In this document: positions 20,115 to 29,371 of the stretch, piece by piece
How the letters are laid out: the number at the start of each line of letters is the position of its first letter
Numbering within the stretch: the first letter of the stretch is position 1
From: a virus
Lineage: Duplodnaviria > Caudoviricetes
Reading direction: 5' to 3' (one strand)
Virus record (IMG/VR): IMGVR_UViG_3300026274_000001
Length of the DNA stretch: 64,000 nt
Notes under the pieces: generated by a model
Seen by the model: only the letters and a program-made list of their open reading frames with translations
What the model was told of the DNA's origin: nothing
The model's database searches: none
Program-made: the position numbers and the translations under genes

Positions 20115-21055
20115 CAAAGAAAATTATCCTGAGCGAGAGCTTGGTATCCCTGTTTGAAGACGAAATGGATCGTGCAGAGTTAGTTCTTGCCGCGAAAGCT
20201 ATTTTGGACAAACTTCAAAAGATGGCTGAAGAACTAGCTAAAGTTGAAGCCGACGACGTATTGCCACTACTTGATGGTATTCGCTCAGAATTCGGTCCGC
20301 AATTTGCAGACCAATTGAACGATGCAGCCACAAACGGTTTGCGTCAAGCATTGGAAGCAGTTAAGACATCAAAAGAACAAATTGGTAACGCCATTAACAA
20401 CATGCAAGGTGTTGTAACTGGTGAAGGCAGCAACGACATGGCCCAAAGCGACGACGCTGGTGTGCAAACTCCAGATGCAGTTGGCGGTGATGCAGTTGGT
20501 GCTGATGACTCTGGTTTGTCAAGCGATGATCTTAGCGATACGGACAATACCGCATCTGGTGATGACGAATTGGCAAGTGGCCTGTCAGATCTGTTAGGTG
20601 GTGAAGAAAACAATGCTGACCAAGGGCCAGAAGGCCGTACTAAGAAAGAATCAGTATATCCAACTGGTGCGATCATTAGCGAAGCAGCAAAGAAATTGAT
20701 GGAACAAGAGAACCCAGAAGAGTTCTTAGCAAAAGCTACTTTGTCCTTTGCTCGTGCAAAGAAGATCACCACTATGGAATCAGCAACTAAAGTCGCTGCT
20801 TACTATGGTATTGATGTTGACGATATCGTAGTTGCATTGCGTGAATACGTTGAAGCACTGAAGATGGATAAGTTGCTGTCAGAAGACGCAAAGCGTTGGG
20901 CGAAGCAAGCTTTGACATTGAAGCTCGCGGTTAAGGAAGGCAAGGACATTGGTACCCTGGGTAACTACTTGACTCCTGATCGTTTGAAGGCAGCTAATGC
21001 ATTTGCTAGTGGTAAAATCACTGAGTCACAATGCATTAAGCTTGCAAAGATCTAA
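20111..21055 (+). CDS. probable prohead core/scaffold protein
   Basis: helical N- and C-terminal parts around an acidic linker; late cluster. Confidence 0.55.
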   Translation: MTKKIILSESLVSLFEDEMDRAELVLAAKAILDKLQKMAEELAKVEADDVLPLLDGIRSEFGPQFADQLNDAATNGLRQALEAVKTSKEQIGNAINNMQGVVTGEGSNDMAQSDDAGVQTPDAVGGDAVGADDSGLSSDDLSDTDNTASGDDELASGLSDLLGGEENNADQGPEGRTKKESVYPTGAIISEAAKKLMEQENPEEFLAKATLSFARAKKITTMESATKVAAYYGIDVDDIVVALREYVEALKMDKLLSEDAKRWAKQALTLKLAVKEGKDIGTLGNYLTPDRLKAANAFASGKITESQCIKLAKI

Positions 21056-21057
21056 TA

Positions 21058-21414
21058 ATGCGTTATCACGAAATTATTAACGAAGATGACGGTGTTATGG
21101 ATCCAGTCCGTAATGCTGTTATTGATATTTTAACCCCCCTAGCATCCAACGGTGTTCAGTTTGTAACTGTTCAACAAGTTATGGATCAACTTAGCAATGC
21201 CGATACTGGTATTGCTATTGACCGTTCTTTGTTGATGACAATTCTGGATCCTGATCAAGTCAAAATTGTAAAAAGCATTGAAGGCGATCGCATCAATTTG
21301 AATACTGGCAACAACGGTTCACAACGTGCAGTTACACAAAAGCAAGAAAAAACTGAACAGGACAAAATCAAGAGTACCGCCGCTGATCAAGCTAAGAAGA
21401 ATATCACAAGTTGA
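21058..21414 (+). CDS. late hypothetical protein
   Basis: begins MRYHEIINED. Confidence 0.7.
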   Translation: MRYHEIINEDDGVMDPVRNAVIDILTPLASNGVQFVTVQQVMDQLSNADTGIAIDRSLLMTILDPDQVKIVKSIEGDRINLNTGNNGSQRAVTQKQEKTEQDKIKSTAADQAKKNITS

Positions 21415-21480
21415 TAAACTTGTCAGTCACCCTTATGGATAGACTGTCTAGGCAAAGCTAATTCAAGATACGTTAAATAT

Positions 21481-21515
21481 AGGTGGTAGTAAGAAAATCT
21501 TACTACCACCTTTTT
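21481..21515 (+). terminator. intrinsic terminator
   Basis: AGGTGGTAGTAAGA-AAA-TCTTACTACCACCT followed by T run. Confidence 0.85.
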
Positions 21516-21520
21516 CTTTA

Positions 21521-21549
21521 TTGGCATTTTCAGACAACTTTCATATAAT
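21521..21549 (+). promoter_or_regulatory. sigma70-type promoter
   Basis: TTGGCA-N17-TATAAT. Confidence 0.6.
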
Positions 21550-21555
21550 CAATCC

Positions 21556-22239
21556 ATGACAACAATCAATAAACGATATCCGTATTTCACACTAGAACGT
21601 GAAACACAGCCAACTGGCGAACGCATGTATATGACACCAGATGGCCCCCTGCCAAGCGTTACCACCATCCTCAGTGCTACTGCTGATACTAGTGGCCTAG
21701 ACGCTTGGCGAGCTTATGTAGGGGAAACCAAGGCAAACCAGATACGAGACGAAGCTACTGGATTGGGCACTTTGATGCACGAGCATTTAGAGTGCCACAT
21801 CCAAGAAATTGATAGGCCTAGAGGTTCGAATATTGTTCGACAGATGGCAAAAAATATGGCTGATACCATTATCAATCGTGGATTGATTCATGTTGATGAA
21901 GTCTGGGGTTTTGAAATTCCATTATATTATCCAGGGCTATATGCTGGTACTGCCGACTTGTTGGGTCAATGGAACGGACAGCAAGCGGTGCTCGATTACA
22001 AAACCACAAACAAAATGAAAACTAAAGAACAGTTGACTGACTATGCATGTCAACTATCCGCGTATGCTATGGCACACAACGAACTCTTTGGTACAGAAAT
22101 TAATACTGGTGTCATTTTTATGGTCAGTCGCGACCTGAAATTTGAAGAGTATGTGTTTGATGTAGATGAAATGAAAGCAAAAACGCAAGAATGGCTAGGC
22201 CGTGTCGAAAAATATTTCGCTATGCAGCAAACTAGTTAG
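21556..22239 (+). CDS. PD-(D/E)xK exonuclease (RecB/lambda-exo/Cas4-like fold)
   Basis: PSVTTIL, GTLMH, AGTAD, LDYKT, QLSAY. Confidence 0.85.
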   Translation: MTTINKRYPYFTLERETQPTGERMYMTPDGPLPSVTTILSATADTSGLDAWRAYVGETKANQIRDEATGLGTLMHEHLECHIQEIDRPRGSNIVRQMAKNMADTIINRGLIHVDEVWGFEIPLYYPGLYAGTADLLGQWNGQQAVLDYKTTNKMKTKEQLTDYACQLSAYAMAHNELFGTEINTGVIFMVSRDLKFEEYVFDVDEMKAKTQEWLGRVEKYFAMQQTS

Positions 22240-22246
22240 TACTCCC

Positions 22247-22271
22247 AAAGCCCCACACGTTGGGGCTTTTT
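22247..22271 (+). terminator. intrinsic terminator
   Basis: AAAGCCCCA-CACGT-TGGGGCTTTTT. Confidence 0.8.
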
Positions 22272-22335
22272 AACGACTAAATTTTTGGCTCACTAGTAGT
22301 GCTTGCTAAATACTTGATTAACAGGGTAGTTTACT

Positions 22336-23004
22336 ATGTCAACTGATTCAATCGATTTCACTGGTCCGTTTAAACTTATCGCTCGACAAGGTCTTGCGAT
22401 TGAATTACCAGGTCAACCTCTTTCCAGTCTTGCCCCAACACCCGTAGGTTTGGATGCTGGGGAACTTGGTCTTACCGTAGATACTGGTGACTTGTTTATT
22501 GGACTTGATCCAAATTATCAAATTTTTGGTGCCGCCCGTCTAGCCGTATATCCATACGCTAATATTCGAGTGCTTACCGAATCGGCTAGTTCAGTAGCGT
22601 TCATCCAGAACATTATTGGCCAAACCCAAACTCAATTCAGTACGATCGTCGCTTCTGCTAACACAAATGCACCTGTTGGAACAACTGATTTAGTGTGGAA
22701 CACTGCACAAACAAATGTGGCAGAAATTCGATATATGTTATGTTTTGAAAATGTTCCTACTGCTGTTAGAAAAGGTACGCTTTCGATAGCTATGAATCAA
22801 TCCGAAGCATCTATTATAGATGATCGTGTTGATGTTGGTTTTGAGTTTTTCTCTTACACCGACCCTATTGCTTACGAAAACGATACGGTGTTTGAATTTG
22901 CCGTTTCAACCAGTGCTGGTGTTGCCACTATGACATATGCCAATAATAGTAGTTTCAATGTGAAACTATACTATTCAGTAGTATCCTTTAACGCACAATT
23001 CTAA
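22336..23004 (+). CDS. probable tail/neck structural protein
   Basis: LDAGELGLTVDTGDLFIG resembles the Mtd N-terminal-type motif; late promoter at 22306. Confidence 0.5.
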   Translation: MSTDSIDFTGPFKLIARQGLAIELPGQPLSSLAPTPVGLDAGELGLTVDTGDLFIGLDPNYQIFGAARLAVYPYANIRVLTESASSVAFIQNIIGQTQTQFSTIVASANTNAPVGTTDLVWNTAQTNVAEIRYMLCFENVPTAVRKGTLSIAMNQSEASIIDDRVDVGFEFFSYTDPIAYENDTVFEFAVSTSAGVATMTYANNSSFNVKLYYSVVSFNAQF

Positions 23005-23006
23005 AA

Positions 23007-23462
23007 ATGAATCCATTCATGTTAATGCCGTCTGAACGGCTTGACGAGTGGACAACCTTTCGTGATGGGTTGCCTTCGCTCTCAGAATCAGAACAATTAA
23101 GTCAAGTATGCCGTTGGTGGGGATTGGCCCCATTAAACAAACGTAGCCTTGATCCACAAGATCCAAAATCATGGATGACCGTATGGGAAATGTTACATAC
23201 TGGTGACATGTGTCAAAACTCAATTGCCATTGCTATGGAATCCACTCTTCGTCTTTCTGGGTGGGATGCCAGTCGATTAGCATTACAGATGGTTAGGAGT
23301 GAAGAAGAGAATGCGGAATTTTTAGTAGTTAAAATTGACGATGAGTATCTGCTCAACTATAGTTACGCAACACCAGTAAACCTTGATGCGACAATCCGCA
23401 ACGACATAACGATAGAATTCGAAATTCAATATTCGGGTCGAGCATACAAGTTTAATAAATAA
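23007..23462 (+). CDS. hypothetical protein
   Basis: 151-aa coupled ORF. Confidence 0.7.
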   Translation: MNPFMLMPSERLDEWTTFRDGLPSLSESEQLSQVCRWWGLAPLNKRSLDPQDPKSWMTVWEMLHTGDMCQNSIAIAMESTLRLSGWDASRLALQMVRSEEENAEFLVVKIDDEYLLNYSYATPVNLDATIRNDITIEFEIQYSGRAYKFNK

Positions 23463-23495
23463 ATTTCCACGGAAATTTAAAAAGAAGAATAATAA

Positions 23496-25946
23496 ATGGA
23501 ACAGAAAGTTTTAAAACGTAATGGCGACTTAGAAGCAGTCAACCTTGATAAGATTGTAAACTCGATTAAACGTGTTTGTCATGACCTTGGTGAATTAGAT
23601 TTTCTAAAGATCGCGATCAAGACTGTTGGTGGCTTGTACGATGGTGTACCAACAAGAGAATTGGATCTACTTAGCATTCAAACCGCACTGGGCTTCATGG
23701 TTGAAGATCCTGCATACGGAAAAGTTGCCGCCCGCTTGATGGCCAACTTTATTGATAAAGAAGTAACAGGCCAAGAAGTTCATAGTTTTAGTCAAAGTAT
23801 TCAAGTTGGTTTTGATACTGGACTGATCAGTGAAGAGACTTATAAACTGGTGATGGACAACAAACGTAAGCTTAATGCCGCAATTAAGCCAGAACGTGAT
23901 AATACATTCGAATACTTTGGTATTAAGACTGTATATGATCGTTATTTGTTGAAGCATCCGACAACTCGTTTCGTTCTAGAAACACCACAATATTTCTTCC
24001 TTCGCGTTGCTTGCGGTTTGGCAGAAACAGCACAAGAAGCAGTTGAATTTTATAACTTGCTCTCAAGTCATGATTATATGACTTCCACACCTACGTTGTT
24101 CAATTCAGGAACGCGTCACAGCCAGATGTCATCATGCTATCTGCTTGACTCTCCAATGGATGACTTGGGTGATATTTACAAGCGTTATGGTGATGTGGCG
24201 AAACTGTCGAAGTTCGCAGGTGGCGTTGGTATGTCATATTCGCGTGTACGTTCGAGTGGATCACTGATCAAGGGTACAAATGGTAAGTCAAACGGTATTA
24301 TTCCTTGGTTGCATACATTGAGTGGTTCCGTTGGTGCAGTGAATCAAGGTGGTAAGCGTAAAGGTGCATTAGCCGCTTATCTGGATACACATCACCCAGA
24401 TCTTATGGAGTTCTTGGAACTCCGTGACAATTCTGGTGAAAAAGAAAAGCGCGCCTACAATCTGAATTTGGCCAATTGGATTCCTGACGAATTCATGCGT
24501 CGTGTAAAGGCTGATCAGAACTGGTCAATGTTCGATCCATCGTTTGCACCAGAACTGAACGACTTGTTTGGTGAAGCATATGAAAAGCGTTACTTGGAAC
24601 TTGAAGCAGAAGGCAAGGCAACCGTAGTTACTCCAGCCCGTAAAATCTTCGCTCGTATGATGAAGACTCTTGCTGAAACTGGTAACGGATGGATGAATTT
24701 CCGTGATGCAGCAAACAAGAAGTGCAACACGGCGGTAAATGGCTACGTTGTTCACTTGTCAAATTTGTGTACAGAAATTCTGGAACCAACAAGCGCTGGT
24801 CAAGAAGTTACTTTCTCACGTGAATCATTCGCAAAGCTAACTAAGGAAGAAATTCTCGAGAAGAACATCAATATTATCGGTACTGACTCTAACGGCGATA
24901 TCGTTGCAATCGTGGGTTCAGAAGTTGCCGTATGTAATTTGGGTTCAATCAATGCTGGTCGTTATGTAAAGAACGGCAAGTTGGATATTACAAAGCTGCA
25001 TAAGAACGTTGATACTGCTATGAAGTTCTTGGATCGTGTTATCGATCGTAACTTCTATCCAATTCACGAAGCCAAAGCATCAAACAACCACTGGCGTCCA
25101 GTTGGTCTGGGATTGATGGGTCTTCAAGACTTGTTCTATCAATTGCGTTTGCCGTTTGAAAGCGACGAAGCTATTGCGATGTCAGCTCAGATTCAAGAAG
25201 AGATTTATTACCAAGCACTTAAGACTAGCTGCGAATTGGCCAAGGTTAACGGTCCACACCGTGACTTTGAACACACGCATGCGGCAAAGGGCAATTTGCA
25301 GTTTGATCTTTGGAATGTAACTCCAAGCGACGTAACTCGTTGGGACGCATTGAAGAGCGATATCAAGAAGTACGGTCTGCGTAACAGCTTGACTATTGCT
25401 ATTGCTCCAACGGCAACCATTGCTTCAATTACTGGTGCTCAAGAATGTACAGAACCTACCAAGGAAAACCTGTTCAAACGTGAAACACTTAGTGGTGAAT
25501 TTGTTGACGTAAACCGTCACATGGTTGAAGATCTGAAGAAACTGGGTCGTTGGAACACAGAAACGATTAATCAGTTGAAGAGTTCGCAAGGTTCATTAGC
25601 TGCTGTGCCAGGATTGCCTGCTGATTTGTATGCTCTTTACAAGACAGTTTGGGAAATCTCACAGAAGAAGCTTATTGAACATGCTGCCGCTCGTGGTCCA
25701 TATATTGACCAAAGCCAGTCGTTGAACTTGTTTCTTGATATCAACAAGATCCCAGAAGAAAAGCGCATTGCAACATTGTCCGCAATGTACATGATGCTGT
25801 GGGAAAAGGGTCTGAAAACTAGTTACTACCTCCGTGGTAAGCCAGCTACTAAGATTGCCAAGACTACCGTGCAAACAGCCGCAGTGGAGACGGTCAGTAA
25901 TGATGCCAATCCACCAGAGCCAGAAATTTGCGAATCGTGCACCTAA
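23496..25946 (+). CDS. nrdA: ribonucleotide reductase class Ia alpha subunit with ATP cone
   Basis: ATP cone, STPTLFNSG, SSCYL, NLCTEI, VCNLGS, IAPTA, C-terminal CESC. Confidence 0.95.
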   Translation: MEQKVLKRNGDLEAVNLDKIVNSIKRVCHDLGELDFLKIAIKTVGGLYDGVPTRELDLLSIQTALGFMVEDPAYGKVAARLMANFIDKEVTGQEVHSFSQSIQVGFDTGLISEETYKLVMDNKRKLNAAIKPERDNTFEYFGIKTVYDRYLLKHPTTRFVLETPQYFFLRVACGLAETAQEAVEFYNLLSSHDYMTSTPTLFNSGTRHSQMSSCYLLDSPMDDLGDIYKRYGDVAKLSKFAGGVGMSYSRVRSSGSLIKGTNGKSNGIIPWLHTLSGSVGAVNQGGKRKGALAAYLDTHHPDLMEFLELRDNSGEKEKRAYNLNLANWIPDEFMRRVKADQNWSMFDPSFAPELNDLFGEAYEKRYLELEAEGKATVVTPARKIFARMMKTLAETGNGWMNFRDAANKKCNTAVNGYVVHLSNLCTEILEPTSAGQEVTFSRESFAKLTKEEILEKNINIIGTDSNGDIVAIVGSEVAVCNLGSINAGRYVKNGKLDITKLHKNVDTAMKFLDRVIDRNFYPIHEAKASNNHWRPVGLGLMGLQDLFYQLRLPFESDEAIAMSAQIQEEIYYQALKTSCELAKVNGPHRDFEHTHAAKGNLQFDLWNVTPSDVTRWDALKSDIKKYGLRNSLTIAIAPTATIASITGAQECTEPTKENLFKRETLSGEFVDVNRHMVEDLKKLGRWNTETINQLKSSQGSLAAVPGLPADLYALYKTVWEISQKKLIEHAAARGPYIDQSQSLNLFLDINKIPEEKRIATLSAMYMMLWEKGLKTSYYLRGKPATKIAKTTVQTAAVETVSNDANPPEPEICESCT

Positions 25947-26032
25947 TTGAACGCAGCACTTAAATAGTACTGAATTAGCCATAAATATTGGATGCGAGGG
26001 ATTTTCCCTTGTATTCAATATGAGGTTCAATT

Positions 26033-26317
26033 ATGGACACAATTATTAGTTTTTTCAGCAGCGGTTTGTTCTCCCATACAACACTGATCGTTTTATTGGT
26101 TGGTATGTTTATTGGTTGGAATATTCCACAACCTGCTTGGGCGAAGGCTTTGTGGTCAAAGATCACTACAAAGGCTCCAGTAGTAGAAGTTGCGGCAGAA
26201 ACAGCAGTCGCAGCTGAAACTACCATTGCTACAGAAGTTGGTGCAGTTGTCGATACAGTTGCGCCAGCAGCTATCGCAACAACAACAACAACAACAGTGG
26301 CACCAGCTACCAAATAA
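26033..26317 (+). CDS. small membrane protein with Ala/Thr/Val-rich tail
   Basis: N-terminal hydrophobic helix; GAGG RBS; TAAATA box upstream. Confidence 0.65.
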   Translation: MDTIISFFSSGLFSHTTLIVLLVGMFIGWNIPQPAWAKALWSKITTKAPVVEVAAETAVAAETTIATEVGAVVDTVAPAAIATTTTTTVAPATK

Positions 26318-26320
26318 AAC

Positions 26321-26833
26321 ATGTCGCAAAGCACTGATAATACAGTGACACCCGGGGGAGAAGCTTCCCCCGGTTTGTATGTCGCAGTAAAGTTTCAACA
26401 AGAAACCATCGATAATATCGTAGCGTTTCAAACTAAAAACAACATTCCAAACCCTGTCCCATCAGAAGACCTGCATTCTACGATTGTGTACTCACGAGTA
26501 CCCATCGAATGGATTCCTGAAGGCCATATTAACCTACGGGTAAATACAGATGCCTCGGTACTAGAAACCTGGGAAACTAGGGGTGGCAGTAGTTGTTTAG
26601 TATGGCACTATTATAGCCCTTTCCAGCATAAGCGATTCAAAGACGCGATGGAACTAGGTGCTACGTATGACTTTCCAGAATATAAATGCCATATAACCCT
26701 TAGCTATGACTGTGGTGATGTAACCGCCGAAGCTATCAATAAGCCAGACTTTCCTATTCTGCTTGATCACGAATATGTTGAAGTATTAGACGCTCCGAAT
26801 AATGATTCGAGTGGTCCTTCCAACGTAGAATAG
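26321..26833 (+). CDS. acb1: anti-CBASS Acb1-like 2H phosphodiesterase (T4 57B)
   Basis: GLYVAVKF...IPNPVP..DLHSTIVYSR...GATYDF..YKCHITLSY; two HxT motifs matching T4 57B. Confidence 0.85.
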   Translation: MSQSTDNTVTPGGEASPGLYVAVKFQQETIDNIVAFQTKNNIPNPVPSEDLHSTIVYSRVPIEWIPEGHINLRVNTDASVLETWETRGGSSCLVWHYYSPFQHKRFKDAMELGATYDFPEYKCHITLSYDCGDVTAEAINKPDFPILLDHEYVEVLDAPNNDSSGPSNVE

Positions 26834-26890
26834 AACACACGCCCGATTTAGATCGGGCAACCTAATTAGAAAAATAATATAAAGGTCACA

Positions 26891-27898
26891 ATGCCAATTC
26901 TAGATCCCGGGTTCAATCACACCTTGCGCCCGATGAAATATCCAAGTTTGTACAATCACTTTGTTGATGCACAAAAGAATACTTGGACAGTACAAGAAAT
27001 CTCGTTCTCTACCGACAAAGAGCATTTGCGTGACAAACTTACCGATGCGGAAAAGCATGTGGTTAGTCGTGTAGTGGCGTTCTTCGCAACTGGCGATAGT
27101 ATCGTTGGTGAAAATGCTGTATTGAATTTGTATAAGCATGTGAATTCTCCAGAAGCGCGATTGTACTATTCGCGTCAGATATTTGAAGAAGCCTTGCATG
27201 TTCAATTTTACTTGACATTGCTCGACGAATATCTGCCAGATCCTGATGACCGTGTAGCTGCATTTACTGCATTGGATAACATTCCAAGCATTAAGGCAAA
27301 GGGCGATTTCTGCTTTAAGTATTTGGATCAGTCAGCCAAGCTTGATCGTTTGGAAACAGAAGATGACCGTCGTACATTCCTGTTGAATTTGATTACGTTC
27401 GCCGCAGCTATTGAAGGTTTGTTTTTCTTTGGTGCATTCTCATACGTTTATTACCTCCGAAGCAAGGGATACTTGCATGGATTGGGTAGTGGTACCAATT
27501 GGGTATTCCGTGACGAATCAGGACATATGAAGGTTGCTTTCGAATTGGTAGATACTATTCGTGAAGAATATCCAGAACTGTGGAATGATGAATTTGAAGC
27601 ACTCGTTGATGGTATGATTGACGAAGCAATTGCTTGTGAATTGGCATTTGCTGAAGATGCCTTGTCATTGGGCGTTGCTGGTATGTCCAAGGAACAAATG
27701 GGTGAATATTTGAACTACATTGGTGATGCTCGCCGTGTACGTTTGGGTATGCCAGCAAAGACTAAAGCTCAAAATCCATTCCCATTCATGGAATTACAGG
27801 ATTTGAGTAGCCATACAAACTTCTTCGAACGTACGGTTGCCGACTACTCTGTGGGTATTTCTGGTGATGTTAGTTTCGATGACGACATGGACTTCTAA
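26891..27898 (+). CDS. nrdB: ribonucleotide reductase class Ia beta subunit
   Basis: FFATGD, EEALHVQFY, IEGLFF, RDESGH, NFFE. Confidence 0.95.
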   Translation: MPILDPGFNHTLRPMKYPSLYNHFVDAQKNTWTVQEISFSTDKEHLRDKLTDAEKHVVSRVVAFFATGDSIVGENAVLNLYKHVNSPEARLYYSRQIFEEALHVQFYLTLLDEYLPDPDDRVAAFTALDNIPSIKAKGDFCFKYLDQSAKLDRLETEDDRRTFLLNLITFAAAIEGLFFFGAFSYVYYLRSKGYLHGLGSGTNWVFRDESGHMKVAFELVDTIREEYPELWNDEFEALVDGMIDEAIACELAFAEDALSLGVAGMSKEQMGEYLNYIGDARRVRLGMPAKTKAQNPFPFMELQDLSSHTNFFERTVADYSVGISGDVSFDDDMDF

Positions 27899-27987
27899 TT
27901 AGCTTCTACGTTATTGAAAAGGCTAGGTATTTTGAATACTTGGCCTTTTTCTTTTATAATGATCTCATAACTAAAAAAGGAAGCATA

Positions 27988-28320
27988 ATGCTTATCAATA
28001 AAACAAATAATAATTTCACACCACGTGACGTGTTGGCAATTAAGTTTGGTAACGGTGAAGAAATCATTGCTACTTTGGTTGAAACTGATGGCACCACAAT
28101 GACAGTAACTAAGCCAGTTATTATGCAACTGGTACATGCTGGCAATGGTCAAGGAGCGGTTCAATTTGCCCCGTTCATGCTTGGTGTGGATGACGACAAA
28201 CATTATACGTTTACGCTATCGTCACTGTTGGTGGCTCCAATTATCGCTCGGAAAGATGCGGCTTCTCAATATATGAAGGCAACATCAAGTCTTGATCTGT
28301 CAGCTGGCGGATTGCTGTAA
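27988..28320 (+). CDS. small beta-barrel (Sm-like) protein
   Basis: IKFGNGEEIIATLVE...TKPV pattern. Confidence 0.5.
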   Translation: MLINKTNNNFTPRDVLAIKFGNGEEIIATLVETDGTTMTVTKPVIMQLVHAGNGQGAVQFAPFMLGVDDDKHYTFTLSSLLVAPIIARKDAASQYMKATSSLDLSAGGLL

Positions 28321-28321
28321 T

Positions 28322-29371
28322 ATGCCAAACACCGCACGCCTTACCGATATGCATAGCCATGGTGGTCAGATCATATCAGCCAGTCCAGATCGTCAAGCTA
28401 ATGGCTTGGGGGTTGCTCGTATTGGTGATATGGTTATGTGTCCTCAACATGGACTAGTGACAATCATTAATGGTTCGAGCGGTGTTCAAACTAATGGTTT
28501 GGCAACTGCTCGTCTGGGTGATATGCTATCATGCGGCGCCACTATTATCATGGGTTCTCCTGATATGGATACTGGTGATACCGGCCCTGGTTCTGCGGTA
28601 CAAGGACCAGTGATTCTATATCCAGCACCAGATGGCGGTGCACCATTAGTTTATACTGAACAAGACTTGGGGCCTGAATACGACGATCCTCCAAGCAATA
28701 GCGCTGGATTATCAATCTATCCGCCAATACGCGATCGTGCACCAACAGCAGCAGAAGTAGCTCGCAATGATGCGTTGGTGGGGACCGCTCCTGCTCCCAC
28801 TCCGGTATCTACAGAAACCACGGCAGCAACACCACCAGCCAGCCAACCGGTTGATGCTTCGGGGATTACATCTCCGATACCTGACTCTTTACAGTTGTCA
28901 CCTAATTTTACAGTAGGTGATCTTTCCACTAAAGCCTTGTGTGCTCATAAGCTACAAGCACAGCATGGATTAACTGATGTTCAAATTGCCACTAATCTCA
29001 AAGCATTGTGTGTAAATGTTTTAGAGCCGTTTGCAGCCAAGTTTGGTAGAACTAATATGGTAATAAACAGCGCCTTTCGTCCCACAGGATCTTCCGTAGT
29101 TGCTTCAGGCTATAGTCAACATGAAAGTGGATGTGCTGCCGATATTCGATTTGTAGATCAGAATCGTGGCTCTATTTCTACTGATGTTTGGTGGGATCGA
29201 GTGCTGTGGATTAAAGATAATCTCCCGTATGATCAAATGATTGTCGAATATATTCATAATAAACCCTGGATACATCTTTCCTTTGCTCCCACATTGCGTC
29301 GACAGTTGCTGACTGCGGTGTTGAGTGGCGGTAGGGTAACGTATCCACATGGACTTCAGAAATTAGTATGA
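28322..29371 (+). CDS. PAAR domain fused to M15-type Zn peptidase
   Basis: ARLTD..SHGG, ARIGD..CPQHG, ARLGD..SCGA; Pro/Thr linker; LSPNFT, NSAFR, SQHESGCAAD, WIHLS. Confidence 0.8.
   Translation: MPNTARLTDMHSHGGQIISASPDRQANGLGVARIGDMVMCPQHGLVTIINGSSGVQTNGLATARLGDMLSCGATIIMGSPDMDTGDTGPGSAVQGPVILYPAPDGGAPLVYTEQDLGPEYDDPPSNSAGLSIYPPIRDRAPTAAEVARNDALVGTAPAPTPVSTETTAATPPASQPVDASGITSPIPDSLQLSPNFTVGDLSTKALCAHKLQAQHGLTDVQIATNLKALCVNVLEPFAAKFGRTNMVINSAFRPTGSSVVASGYSQHESGCAADIRFVDQNRGSISTDVWWDRVLWIKDNLPYDQMIVEYIHNKPWIHLSFAPTLRRQLLTAVLSGGRVTYPHGLQKLV

Noticed and set aside
21556-22239. Cas4 or CRISPR system
   Set aside because: Generic PD-(D/E)xK phage exonuclease; no repeat-spacer array or other cas genes seen in the window
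24790-24925. Possible intein in NrdA after NLCTEI
   Set aside because: Only ~40 aa and lacks intein N-terminal C/S and C-terminal HN motifs; likely a loop insert
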